Below, piece after piece: positions 38,216 through 51,493 of a DNA stretch of 64,000 nucleotides. Numbering within the stretch: the first letter of the stretch is position 1; each line of letters starts with the position of its first letter. Source of the DNA: Octopus sinensis. Lineage: Eukaryota. Both the position numbers and the translations under genes were made by a program. The notes beneath the pieces are model-generated. The model saw only the letters and a list, made by a program, of their open reading frames with translations. It did no database searches and had not been told where the DNA came from. The stretch is from the NCBI RefSeq assembly GCF_006345805.1, contig NC_043007.1, positions 9,486,001-9,550,000 of the forward strand, written 5' to 3'.

Positions 38216-38627
38216 CTAAAGTAGTGAAGAAAATTGCTACCCACTACCTATAATACAGTTCAATAACCACCAAATAATCAGACACACTGTATGTTGGCAC
38301 ACACTTTTTCCAATTTATTTTCGCTATTAATCGTCCTTACGACCTCCTTCGTATCTACGATGAGGCCACGAACTATACGATGAAAATCCAGAGTTACTCG
38401 TGATCGGTGATTTTGTGATAAAAATGCGAAGGTGGTTTATCAATTTAAACATTGATATCCCCGAAATGATCATACTTTCTGAATTTTTAATACTAAAAGC
38501 TTCCTGACGACCGTCGTGAAGAGGGAACATACAAATAGACGGACAATCAGACGGACATAACGCCCATTATAGTAAGATAATGACTCTTTACTACAACTTT
38601 ATTATTATTCCCATTTTAGTATCCTTT

Positions 38628-38668
38628 GTTAAATATTTCGTCACACATACGGTGACATCTTCAGTGAC
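38628..38668 (-). ncRNA. Near-intact minimal type I hammerhead
   Basis: GTCA CTGAAGA T GTCAC cgtatgt GTGAC GAA ATAT T TAAC: helix II is a perfect 5 bp, helix III is the palindrome ATAT with an AUU triplet, and helix I has one C-A mismatch. Distal pairing TTTAGT/ACTAAA is possible. Confidence 0.7.
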
Positions 38669-38849
38669 TCTCCATGGACTAAACAGAATATCAAGAGTCA
38701 CGTGGGATGGAGAGAGTCGCTGCAGAAGTCACGGTAGGTGCGATGAAAGATTTGACAAAGTGCACTACAATAAGAATAATGATACAGCTGATGTCAAGGA
38801 CGAGTATATAGCAAAATTCAGTTTACGACGATGAAAAGGAAAAGAAGAG

Positions 38850-39908
38850 AAATGGTAAAAATATGGAGGCGAAAACAGAATGTAGAAGAAGAGGAGGGGG
38901 AGAGGGAGGAGGAGAAGGAGAAGAAGAAGAAGAAGAAGAAGAAGAAGGAGGAGGAGGAGAACAAGAAGAACAAGAACAAGAACAAGAACAAGAACAAGAA
39001 CAAGAAGGAGTAGGAGGAGGAGTGGGAGTGAGACAAGAAGAAGAAAAAGAAGAACAAGAAGCAAAAGTAGAAGAACACAAGAACAAGAAAAACAAGAACA
39101 AGAAAAGAAAGAAGACCAAGAAGAGTACAGAACAAAAACAGATGAGAAGGAGAAGAAAAAGAACACAACAATAAGTGAAAGAAGACGAATAATAATAATA
39201 ATAATAGAAGAATAAGAAAGAATAAGAAGAAGAAGAAATAAGAAGGGAAGAATAAGAAGAAGATGAATAGAGAAAGAATGAGAAGAAGAATAAGAGTAAT
39301 AAGATTAGGATAATAGAGAAGACGAAGAAGAAGAAGGAAGAAGGAAATAAGAATAAGGAGAAGAAATAAGAAGAAGAAGAAGGAGAAGAAGAAGAAGGAG
39401 AAGAAGGATAATAAGAAGAAGAAGGAGAAGAAGAAGAGGAGAAGATAAGAATAATTCTAATAAAATAAGATATAATAATAGAACAAGAACAAGAGGAACA
39501 AGAAAATGCAGAAGAAGAAAACAGGGCTGGCGGAGGAGGAGGAGGAGGGTAAATGGAAGAGAAAAATTAAAGTGGTAGAAAGAGGTGGAAGAAAAAGGTT
39601 GTTGTAGTGGTAGAAAGAGAAAGGAAGAAAAAGGTTGTTGTAGAAGATGAGGAAAAGAAGAATTTAAAAAATAGGAAGGAAAACAAGAAGAAAAAAAGAG
39701 GAAGGAAAGCCGAAAAATTAAGAAACTCTAAAGGAGATAGATGGTCAAATGGTGCAATGGAAGGACAGCTACAAAAAGGGCGAACAGAAAATATAAAATA
39801 TGAGAGAAAAACATTAAAACTGAAAGAAAGTGACAAAATCAAAAATTACGAAGGAGAAGAAAAATTATGGAATATCTGGAATGTGTTAAAAATGGGTGAA
39901 AAGTTTTA

Positions 39909-39968
<60 letters not shown>

Positions 39969-40612
39969 GTAATAATAATAATAGTAATAATAATAATTAT
40001 TATTATAATAATAATGATAATAATAATAATAATAATAATTATTATTATTATTATTATTATAATAATGATAATAATAATAATAATAATAATTATAATAATA
40101 ATGATAATTATTGTTGTTATTATTATTATCATTATTATTATCATTATTATTATTATCATTATTATTATCATTATTATTATTATCATTATTATTATTATTG
40201 TCATTGTTGTTGTTGTTGTTGTTGTCGTCGTCGTTGTTATTGTTATTATTATAAGGAGGAGCGGCGAGAAGAGGTGGAGAAGGAGAGGGAGAAGGGGGCT
40301 GGAGGAAGTGAGGAGGTGTTGGTGGTGGTGGCGGCGGTGGTGCTGACGGAGCAGGAGGTGGAGGTATGAGGGGATGATGAAGAAGGAGGAGGAGAAGGAA
40401 GCAGAAGATGAAGTAGAAGAAGAAGAAAAAGAAGAAGAAAAAGAAGAAGAAAAAGAAGAAGAGGAGGAGGAGGAGAAGGAGGAGAAGAGAAGAAAAAGAA
40501 GAAGAGGAAATAAGAAAATGATGACAAAGAAGACGGAGGTGGAGGAGAGGAGGTGAAAATGAAAAAGAGGAGGCGGGGCGCAACAACAACAACAACAACA
40601 ACAACAACAACG

Positions 40613-40659
<47 letters not shown>

Positions 40660-40660
40660 T
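38850..40660. repeat. Trinucleotide mosaic: (GAA), (GAG), (AAC), (AAT)/(ATT), (GGT)
   Basis: Visible directly; source of the long low-complexity ORFs. Confidence 0.95.
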
Positions 40661-41209
40661 GGTTACATTTCGTATAAATCTTTCAGATAAAACTTAAGTT
40701 TAGCAAGAAAACGGATTGCATGTTAGAAAATTGTGAACCCTGGCTGACCGAAAAGATTCTTCTTCTGAATACATATGACTTCCACACACATGTACATACA
40801 TTGTGGCACTTTTCAATGATGCTGTTGTTGCCGTAGATAATTTTTATTGTTGTTGCTATAAGCTTGTGGGTTTATTTTTTTAAAATTTCTTTTATTATAA
40901 ATATATTTCATTTTTTCACTTTACGTTTTCAAGATAGTTGTTTAATCTTTTCTTTTTTTTTAACTTTCTGGCGGTTTTTTTCTTTTTTGTATTTTCTGAT
41001 TTCATTTTGACATTTAAGATGGATGGTGTCCCAGCATGCAGTGGGCGGAAGAAAAGATAAAGAAACGGCGATTTATCTCCCTTATTTTCCTATCTTGATA
41101 TAAACGTTTTCCTTTTTTTTTGTTATTATTTGCTTTACTAATTTTGTTTTTATTCTTGTATGAATAAAAGAAATTTCATACGGATGCTTACAGACACTCC
41201 CTCAGTCAC

Positions 41210-41271
<62 letters not shown>

Positions 41272-41426
41272 TCAAATACACACACACATACATACCTATG
41301 TAATATAAAACATGCACAAACGCTTGTATATGTATCATGTATGCTTGTAAGCATGTGCGTGTAACCTGATGTAATTAAATTTAAAGCCAAATGAATATAT
41401 CTCCCTTTGTCTCTCTTTTCCTTACC

Positions 41427-41484
<58 letters not shown>

Positions 41485-42184
41485 ATATGTCTGTATATAT
41501 ATGTATATATATATATATACATATACACACACATATGTATGTATATATAAACGTATACACACACACATATTGGTGATTTTCGCTTTCTTTTCTTTTATTC
41601 ATTTGTACATTCCTTTAGTGCAATTTTTTCTACATTTTCTTTGATAATTACTGATACTGTTGTTTTTGTTGTTATTGCTAATATATTAATTCTCTATACA
41701 TTAAAATATTATTCAATATAGATTTAAATAATGGAAATATAAATTGATTTATTTCCGCCTCTATCTTTCCATAGAAAAGAAAAATTCTGTCCTTTACGCT
41801 ATCAAGTATAACAAGATTCTGTGGTGCTTCTTTTCTTTTTTAAAAGCATTGCAGATACGAAGATATTTTACAAAGACAACGTGAATACAATTTTGGAGTG
41901 AGCCAACGTCACAAAACTCTTTGTCATTTATTATTTTGCATTTGTACACAAGCATATCAATATTATGTGTGCATTCCGGTGCGGAAAGATTTAGATGTTA
42001 GCTATGAAAAACGAAGTGACATGACACTAAGCAGACTTTTGCCTCGATTTTGCAGGCATTAAAATTTGCTCTCTTTATATCAACACAACTTGGGATCCAA
42101 AGCCTATCGGACCTTGGTTTATTGGAATTGTTCCTTCACTATCTGTGGATTCTCTCTTTGGTCCAAGAGCCTGCAAACAGTAGC

Positions 42185-42225
<41 letters not shown>

Positions 42226-42226
42226 T

Positions 42227-42293
<67 letters not shown>

Positions 42294-42644
42294 GATAGAC
42301 AGACAGACAGATAGATATAGCAAGGTCGTCTTTTAGTTTCCGTCTACCAAACTTACTAAGGCGAAGAGTTAGAAAAACAGAGGGGAGAGTGCTGTGTATT
42401 AAGTCTATAAAACTGTACTTAACGTATATAAAGTGTATATAAAGTTCATTAAGTAATCATCGTATTCCAATTTCCTTCAATTTCCTTTCAATGATTGGCA
42501 GATGAGGGACTATTTTTTGATACAAGCAAGACACAGGCTTCGCTTTCGCTTTTTTTTTTTTATAAAATTCTCTGAAGTAAACCAAGACGTTTACCATTAA
42601 TTCCGTGAAATGTTCACGGGTCCCGCTAATCCAAATAATTGGTG

Positions 42645-42960
42645 AACTCGCGTGGTCATGTGGATACGGTATTCCTCTCATAATCGTGTGTTCGATATCC
42701 CGCAGCGCTTTGTGTCCTTGATCAAGACTCTTTATTTCATGTTGTCCCAGTTCACGCAGCTGGCAAAAATCAATTGTATCCGTATCTCAAATGGGCAGTC
42801 TTGTTTCATTTTGCCCCACGCTGAATCTCCCTGAGAACTACATTAAGTGTACGCATGTTTGAGCACTGCTCCGCGACTTGTACGTTAATCTGACGAGCAA
42901 GCTGTTATTCCATTGCATGGGTCAACTAGAACTCTCGTCGTCGTAACTGACGGAATGTCA
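42645..42960 (+). mobile_element. Diverged SINE with family D head and CORE-like domain joined to tail type 1
   Basis: GTGTCCTTGATCAAGACTCTTTATTTCATGTTGTCCCAGTTCACGCAGCTG matches family D. CACGCTGAATCTCCCTGAGAACTAC...CTCGTCGTCGTAACTGACGGAATG matches the 24186 tail. Confidence 0.7.
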
Positions 42961-43021
42961 ACTGACGCATATTTAGCACGTAATACTTTGTTTCATAACA
43001 AAGCACACCTGAAGTGATACA

Positions 43022-43719
43022 CTCACAAGGCTTTGGTCGGCCCCAGGCTATCGTAGAAGACATTTTACCAAGATGCTCTGCAATGAACTGAACCCAGAAA
43101 CAGCCACACCTATTCTTTTCTTTTAGTCTTTTATTTTGTATTATTTGCTTCAGTCATTTCTCTGCGGCCATGCTGGAGCACCAGCTTTAGTCAAACAAAT
43201 CTATCCTAGGACTTACTCTATCGGTCTCTTTCACTGAACCGCTAAGATACGGGGACGTAAACACACCAACATCAGTTGACATGCGATTGTGCGGTGGCAA
43301 ACACAGATATACAAACATATACATACTCTTTTACCCTTTTACTTGTTTCAGTCATGTGACTTTGGCCATGCTGGAGCACCGTATTTCAGTCGAGCAAATC
43401 GACCCCAGGACTTATTCTTTGTAAACCTAGTCCTTATTCTATCGGTCTCTTTGGCCGAACCGCTAAGTTACGGGGACGTAAGCATACCAGCATCGGTTGT
43501 CAAACGATGTTGGGGGACAAACACAGACACACAAACACACATATATATGTATACATACATACGACTGGCTTCTTTCAGTTTCCGTCTATCAAATCCACTC
43601 ATGAGGCTTTGGTCGGCCCGAGGCTATAGTAGAAGACATTTTCCCAAGGTGCCACCCAGTGGGACTGAACCCTGAACCATATGATTCGTAAACATGTTAC
43701 TTACCACAAAGCCACTCCG
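43022..43719 (-). mobile_element. Two adjacent SINE family A copies (43022-43290 rearranged; 43327-43719 near complete)
   Basis: Family A motifs occur twice. Confidence 0.8.
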
Positions 43720-44025
43720 ATATATTTTTTTAATTTTCAAGAGTGTCATGAAATAATTTTATCACCACTATATAGCTATAAATTATTCAGACCCAGAACT
43801 GTATTATAAACACTTGACGTTGACAGGAGCAGAAATTATGTACCGAAACTGAATAAAATTGCCAAAATATTATTTCTACGATATCACTGCGGAGATATAC
43901 ACACGCGCGCGCAAACAAACATATGAATATATCATGTTATGTGTGTTTGTGTACATGTACGTGTATGTATATATATATATATATATATACACATATATAT
44001 ATATATGTATAAGGATATATATATA

Positions 44026-44060
<35 letters not shown>

Positions 44061-44135
44061 TGCCAAACATGTGCTAATGGGACTGCGTGTGCGTTGTATT
44101 TTAATATCTTCCAATGATGCACCAATGTCATTTGA

Positions 44136-44178
<43 letters not shown>

Positions 44179-44216
44179 TCTATGTGTGTAGATGTACATA
44201 CACACACGCACTCACG

Positions 44217-44258
<42 letters not shown>

Positions 44259-45929
44259 CATGTATGTTTTTTGTGTGTGTATATGAGTGTTTTGTAGTGT
44301 AATGTATGTATATGTTTATAGATCTTTCCGTGACCATCTTACTTTCCATTATTCGTTATTGAATCAGCTCTTTATTGCAGTAATATAAATATTGCTTCGA
44401 TAGAAATATATTTATTTAATTTACTAAAGCGAGCCTCTCAGGAAAACCTAGAGCTTTATAATTCACTCAGTTTAGTAAAAACACATTTATCTGATTAATT
44501 TAATAATTCATTGTAATAAAAATGGATATTTATCGGTGTATTTTTCACGAAGACATATTGTAACGATGGTGGAGACAAACGGATTGAATGATAGTCAGGT
44601 CTCTTGGTTTGTTTCTCACAATCTAGAAACAATCTTTTACGAATCAATAATGTGCGATGTTTGCCTCGACGCTAAATTCTGTCTCGTTATTACAGAAAAA
44701 TTTAATGATTGTAGAATATTACTGTTACTTGTGATGAAAATTGCTAGTGTGATTTGAACATTGGTATGATATAGACAAAATTAAAAACGTTAGGTATTTA
44801 CTCTGACAGCTTTTCCGTTTCTATTTAATCAGTATCTTCTCCGTATAAGCGTGTATATGAACTACGACGGCAAAAGTAGCGTTTTGCAACACACGATATC
44901 TCTGCTGATTGAAAGGACTGCACGATATTAGTGAACCATGTTAAGCCGAACTTGTAACAACAGAGGCTGACGTATTAAATACACTTTCATCATTAAAGAC
45001 AACAACTGGAAATATTCATTAAAATCTTCTGAGAGCATTCTAATGAGTGAAACTCACAAACGTCCATAATTTACAGTGGCATCTCTACTTGACACCGCTG
45101 TCGGAGTAGATCTACTAATTAAGCACTCATTTCAGACCTGAGGTCAAATTTTCCATTAACCCAGCAATGACTCTCCATAGCAGCTAATGTATTTGCGTTG
45201 CTAGCTAATCGATTGCATTCTTAATTTCAAAGAGGAGCTTCTTCAATATTTATCTAACAGAATAAACGCTACTTTTGACGTAATTCTATCCTTTGCAAGT
45301 TGACCGGTTTGTATTACAAGCCACTGAATGTATTTCAGTATCCGGTTTATATTCAGGGAACAGAAATACTTTTTTTTTTAATATCATCGACGTTTTAATA
45401 AACAGAAATGTTATTCAACGAGCATTTAAATCGGAACGAAATTAAATAAAATCTTAAGTATCTAGCTACCCTCTGGCGTTATATTTCGTTATCAGAAAAA
45501 TAATTATATTTAAGTGTATGTTGTAATGCATGATCAATAGAAAAAAACCAATCTCTTATACACCGTTATAACAAAAAAAATAAGCAAAATAAATATAAGA
45601 AAATTATTTAAAAAGGTTATTTATTAATAAATATCACATTGTTTTTTCTATCGAGACATATTTAGATTGTTAGCTTGGAGTAATATTACTATTTTGCTAT
45701 TATTTATTTTGCTCTGGAGAATATGTATATTCAAGTGAAACTAGCATAAATTAAACTTAATACCTAGTGGGAATAACTAAGCAATGTAATATGTTTAATA
45801 TCGTGATTAGAATATTATATTACAATATCTTTCATTGCGACTGTGACGTTCTCAATATCTCTTCTTCAATGCCTTGCTGAAAGACATGCCCAGTAATATA
45901 TAAGGAATTCGGTGAGCCATGATATGGGT

Positions 45930-46370
45930 CTAATCAAGGGGTAGGACATGTGCAGTTACAGTGCCTTGCTGCATTCACCATTTGTTGGTGTTTCCAGTGG
46001 ACCTTCCGCGCGACCCGTCGAAGAGGGTTCGTTCCAGTCAGTCCCCATTTCCGCGAGATACCTACTCATCTGCTGTGATTATGTCGCGTGTGGTCGACCA
46101 ACACGAGCCCTTAAACCCGCCGGGTCCTCAGTGAAGAGAAGACTGTAAACTGAGTTTAACTGGGAAAATTTAGCATCGGGACCAAAGAGTCTGAGCTAGC
46201 GCTTCCGAGTCATGCAAGTAACAGAACGCATCACAGTTTCTGAGTAGAAGCGTTGGTTGAATACGAAATCTGGCCAGTGGTAACCCATGATCCGGCGAAG
46301 CGTTCGCCTACTAAAGAAGTTCGGGTAGGCCATAAGGAGCTCCGGACAACTATAGAACAGATTCCCTGTC
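45930..46370 (-). mobile_element. RTE-clade LINE 3' coding relic
   Basis: LRRIMGYHWPDFVFNQRFYSET...RKR*LRLFG...EDPAG....GRP matches the RTE post-RT pattern LRRIxGxxWxDxVxN...QLRxFGH...RGRP. Confidence 0.7.
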
Positions 46371-46417
46371 AACATATAGATTTGCTTGTGACATTTCATT
46401 TTAATTTACGGCACTAA

Positions 46418-46518
46418 ATCCGGCATCCAAAGTCACAACCAAGATCCGGCATCCAAGAACACACCCAAGGTCCATCATCAAAGATCACATCCAGGATCCG
46501 GAATCCGATATCACATCA
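46418..46518. repeat. 26-bp minisatellite, about 4 diverged units
   Basis: Unit starts at 46418, 46444, 46470 and 46496 (ATCCGGCATCCAA..CAC.CCAAG-like). Confidence 0.75.
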
Positions 46519-48108
46519 TATGTTAGCTTTCTCGAATACACAGGTCATTTGTATTGAATGAGCAAATACATATGTTGTCATTGTAAATATTTTGAAGTGC
46601 TTTCCCATTAGCTAAAACCCAGGAGGGTGTTTGGATACTCTTTTGTATTAGAGGTCAACCATGAATAAATGATCATCACAAAAGCATTTTTCTCAGAAGT
46701 TCTGTTATCTTTTTCAGCAGTAAGTGATACAAATAAAATATGATAACTATATATAAATGAATCGGAAATATATTAATTCCAATATAAGTTTTTTTGTTTT
46801 TTCTTTGTGCCTTTTTTCATGTCACGCTACAGTTTTTTTAAAAGAATATATGAGTACATGGTTTTAAGGTTAAAATGTGTGCTTCATAACAAAAAGTTTC
46901 AAATTTTGGTGAGACTCGCAGCATTTTCAGTTGATCCAAGTCTTGTAAATAAAATTTGCGGCAGCGTGTCAGAAAGGTTGTGCGAGTATTTCGATGGCCA
47001 AATCATGCTACGCAATATGATCGACGCATTCACTCTGAATCCGTTTTCACTACTGTCTCTCTGTCCCCATCTCTGCTTCTGTCTGCCTCCGCCTCTGCTT
47101 CTATTTGTCTGTCCGTTTATCTCGCTTTCTTTCTCTCTCTCTCTTTTTTTCTCTTTCATCCTTTCTCTTCCTTTCTCTCTATCATTTTCCCTTTCTGTCT
47201 TTCTCCCTTCTTTTCTCTCTCTCTCTCACTCTCTCCCTTACTAGATGTGTTAAAGTACTACTCAGTCACTACATAATACTATGAGTACATAGTTCCTTTG
47301 GTGAATCAACTGAAAATTTCGTTGGTTGAGATCAACAAGTCAATCAATAACTCTCGAAAACAGTCTTCACGATAAAGCGCTAAACGTATGACCTTGGTTA
47401 CACTAATTACACGAAATAGCTGTAATTATTCGCCTCGGGAAAACTTCGGTACTTGCAAATTCTTACTTTTTCCAACCATGAAACATAAAACACATTTGTA
47501 TTCTGTAAAAGAAAAATATCTATACACGAAGATGAATGGGTACCAAACCGTTAGACACGTATATTTCTAAAGTCATGAAGTGATATAAGTGCATTCAGAC
47601 ATATTTAAGCAGTGAGACATACATATACATCTACAATTCCCAGCACGCAAATACCTATACACACAGAATCACACACATACACATCTAAATCCTCGAACAC
47701 ATACACAGAATTAAGCAGAGAGAAAGGTTGTCTTTAGTTCAAGAAACGAAAACATTTGTAAATTTGGTTTGATCGTTGTTTTGCCTAAGGGGGACGAAAC
47801 TTAAACTGATCTTTAAGGAATATAAATCATATATAATTTCTACTACCGTAGTCGATGCAATCTGCATCGAATAACCAGCTGGAGAATGCATGCTCCTGAG
47901 GTTTAAATGGTAGTAGCACCGGTTTCTACGGGACAGACACGCTGGAGTGGCAATAAATATTATTTCTCAGTAGAGTTACTTCTTTCATTTTTTAAAGATA
48001 ATTTCTAACTAGCTCATTTGTTTGTTGCAAGATCAATGACTGGTTGTCAATTATTTTTTATATACCGCGAGCTGGATCGAACTACTTTTCTCTCTAGCGG
48101 ATGGATAT

Positions 48109-48157
48109 CCGTCACTGAGGAAAAGCATGAAGAGCTCGAAACCGTAGGGTCTGATGG
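48109..48157 (+). ncRNA. Near-intact type I hammerhead
   Basis: CCGTCA CTGAGGA A AAGC atgaaga GCTC GAA ACC gtag GGT C TGATGG: 6-bp helix I, closed 3-bp helix III, GUC triplet (cut after 48151), and an A-C mismatch at the base of helix II. Confidence 0.65.
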
Positions 48158-48364
48158 TCCCGTCGGTAGAAGATGGTTGGTGTTCGCTCCCTTGCTTGCA
48201 ATATATATCGGATGTAGATTGCATCATATAACCAGACGGTGTTGGCATTCTCCTGAAATAAAAATAGCAGTCAAGTCAGTTGCTACGGAACTGCCATGCT
48301 GAAATGGTGATAAAAACTACTTCTTTGGAAAATAATATTATGTGTAAAATACAAATATCTATAG

Positions 48365-48820
48365 TCATGTTTGTGTGGTAAGAAGCTTGTTTCTTAACAA
48401 CGTGGTTCCAGGTTCAGATCCATTGCGTGGCATCCGGGGTAAGTGTATTCTACTATATATAGACTCGGGTCGACCAAAGCCTTGGTAGTGAATTTGGTAG
48501 ACGGAAACTGAAAGAAACCCGCCGTCTATATATATACGTGTGTATGTGTGTGCCTGTATGTATGCCTGTATTTGTGCGTGTGTGTGTATGTGCGCGCGTG
48601 TGTGTGTGTGTGGTTTTCCTCCACCACCACTTGACAACCGGCCTTGATGTGTTTATATCCACGTAACTAACCGGTGCTGATAAAGAGACCGATGACATAA
48701 GTACCAGGTTAAATAATAAATAAAATCGAGTTTTGTGATCCATTCATTCGACTAAAAATTCATCAAATAGGTGCTCCAGCATGGCCGGAGTCAAATAACT
48801 GACACAAGTGAAGGATAAAG
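48365..48820 (+). mobile_element. Diverged SINE family A
   Basis: Head, linker and 3' half are recognisable. Confidence 0.75.
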
Positions 48821-49159
48821 CTTAAAATATACATAACACCCCTCCTAGTGCTTGAGTCTCTATAAAGTCCCCAGGAAACAAGTGAGATATGGAAGGGAGA
48901 TAATTCGAACAGTCTAGCAGCTAAATCGTTTATAAGCGTTAATTTAACTGATGAGTTTAGAAGTTGATTAATTCTAAAATAGTGTGTGAACAGCACGTCT
49001 TGGAGGCAACACTTGAATAGTTTCGGACACTTTTTCTAATTCTCATCCTTTTCCCAATTTCACGCAACAACGGTAAATAATCTGAAACATCCTAAACATT
49101 TATATTATGAATATACACAGATACGTATATTTTTATAATTGCATGTAAATGAATTCATT

Positions 49160-49369
49160 TATTCTTTTATTCGTTTATTTGTTTCAGTCACTTGACAGCG
49201 GCTGTGTTGGAGCCCTGCCTTTAGTCGAACAAATCGACCCCTGTAAGGTATTCTTTGTAAGCCTAGTACTTATTATATCGGACTCATTTGTCTAACCACC
49301 GCATTACGGGGACGTAAACACACCAACATTGGTTATCAAGAGATAGTGTGAGGACAAAAATAGACACAA

Positions 49370-49461
<92 letters not shown>

Positions 49462-49676
49462 CTGTCTGTCTGCTCCCGCCACCACCACAACCACCATCAT
49501 CGCTCACTTGACATCCAATGTTGGTGTGTTTATGTCGCAGTAATTTAGCGGTTCTGGAAAAGAGATCCATGCAAAAAGTATTAGGCTTACGAAGAATAAG
49601 TCCTAGGGTTGATTTGTTCGACTAAAGGCAGTGTTCCAGCATGGTCGCAGTCAAATGACTGAAACAAATAAAAGAA
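49160..49676. mobile_element. Two SINE family A 3' halves in inverted orientation, joined through (TA)n
   Basis: 49160-49380 (-) and 49445-49676 (+); neither has a head. Confidence 0.8.
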
Positions 49677-49712
49677 TATACAATACACACATACATATTC
49701 GTGCATGTGTAC

Positions 49713-49752
<40 letters not shown>

Positions 49753-49931
49753 ATATACATGCATATATGCATGTGTATTTATATGTACGCATGTACGTGC
49801 GTATGCGGAGAGAGAGAGAAAGAGAAAGAGAGAGTGAGAGAGACGGACACAGGGAAACATACAGCCAGACACCTAGAGAGATAGATAATTGACAAAGTGC
49901 ATATTAGACAAACAAATCTAAATATGTGTGC

Positions 49932-49988
<57 letters not shown>

Positions 49989-50211
49989 GAGAGAGAAAGA
50001 AAGAGAGGGAGAGAGAGAGAGATCTATATACATATATGTATATATGTGTGCGTGCGCATCTCCCACTCCATATATATTGAACATATGCACACACACACAC
50101 ACATTATATATATACACATACATATATATATATATATGTGTATCTCTCTGTATCTATCTATCTCTATCTATGTATCTATATCTATCTATCTATCTTTCTA
50201 TCTATCTATCA

Positions 50212-50287
<76 letters not shown>

Positions 50288-50759
50288 GTCTATATGAAGT
50301 GTAACCTAATCAGAAGATTAAAAAAACCTTTACAGCCCACTCATTCTGTTTTCTCTGGTACGCTCTCTTTTCTCTTTCTCTTTCGCCCCCCCCTCTCTCT
50401 CTATCTATCTTTCTTTCTCTCATCCTCTCTCTCTGTCTCTCTCTCTCTCTCTCCCTTTTCCCCCCTCTCTTACACCATCTGCGCCTTTCTTCGAATGCTT
50501 GTCTGCAAATAAGCCGCGTGTTAACTCGCGAGTGTGCGTCCGGACGTGAATATGCGTATGTGTAAGTGTGCGCATGCGCCTCTGCATGGCATGAATACGT
50601 ATTTGTTTACCTATATACGTATTTGCGCGTGAGGCTGTTTATATTAAGGAGTACGAAATTGGTGTACCAAACAACTGGACCGGAATAAACGGTTGTATTT
50701 CCTTCTCAAGATTTATATTTGAATTTCAAGTTCACTGCATATGATTAATAATAATACTA

Positions 50760-50796
<37 letters not shown>

Positions 50797-51331
50797 CGAT
50801 GATGATGTTGATCTATACTTGTATTTGGTTGTAGGAAAATAATAAATATATATATATATATATATATATTTATCGCTATTTCCTCTGAGTAGCTAAAATG
50901 TATAATTTACAAGTCTCGGTGTTGTAACGTCAAAAAGATATTTAATAACATTGTAAAATTATATATATTAAACGTTTTCACCCACTTTGTAAACATGTAA
51001 ACATCATCTCAGCAATTTCAGTCATCGCGCCTCGGTGTCTATGAGGGCGTGGGTTTACAAACGCGCGCGCGCGCACACACATACACATATATACATACAC
51101 ACGCAAGCAAGCAAGGACGCACGCGCGCACACATGCACACACACACACACACATACACACGCCCACACTTACCCATGCATATTTATTTATGTTTCTTTTT
51201 GACTATCTATATATCTATTTATCTATCAATCTAACTATCCACATATATATCATTCCTTCTCTCTCTCTCTCTCTTTATCTATCTATCTATCTATACATAT
51301 ATCTATCTATCCATATATATACATATATATA

Positions 51332-51493
51332 GGCACGGGCATGGCTTTGCGGTGAGTAGCTTGCTGCACAACCATATGGTTCCGGGTTCTGTCCCACTGC
51401 ATGACACTTTCGGCAAGTGTCTACTGCTACAGCTTCGGGCCGACCCAAGACTTGGGAGTGGATTTGGTAGAGAGAAACTGAAAGAAGATCGTC
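51332..51493 (+). mobile_element. SINE family A, 5' half
   Basis: Head through GAAACTGAAAGAAG, ending at the microsatellite. Confidence 0.75.

Noticed and set aside
46807-47244. 145-aa ORF
   Set aside because: The C-terminal third is a (CT)n tract, and the remainder has no recognisable domain or convincing splice sites.
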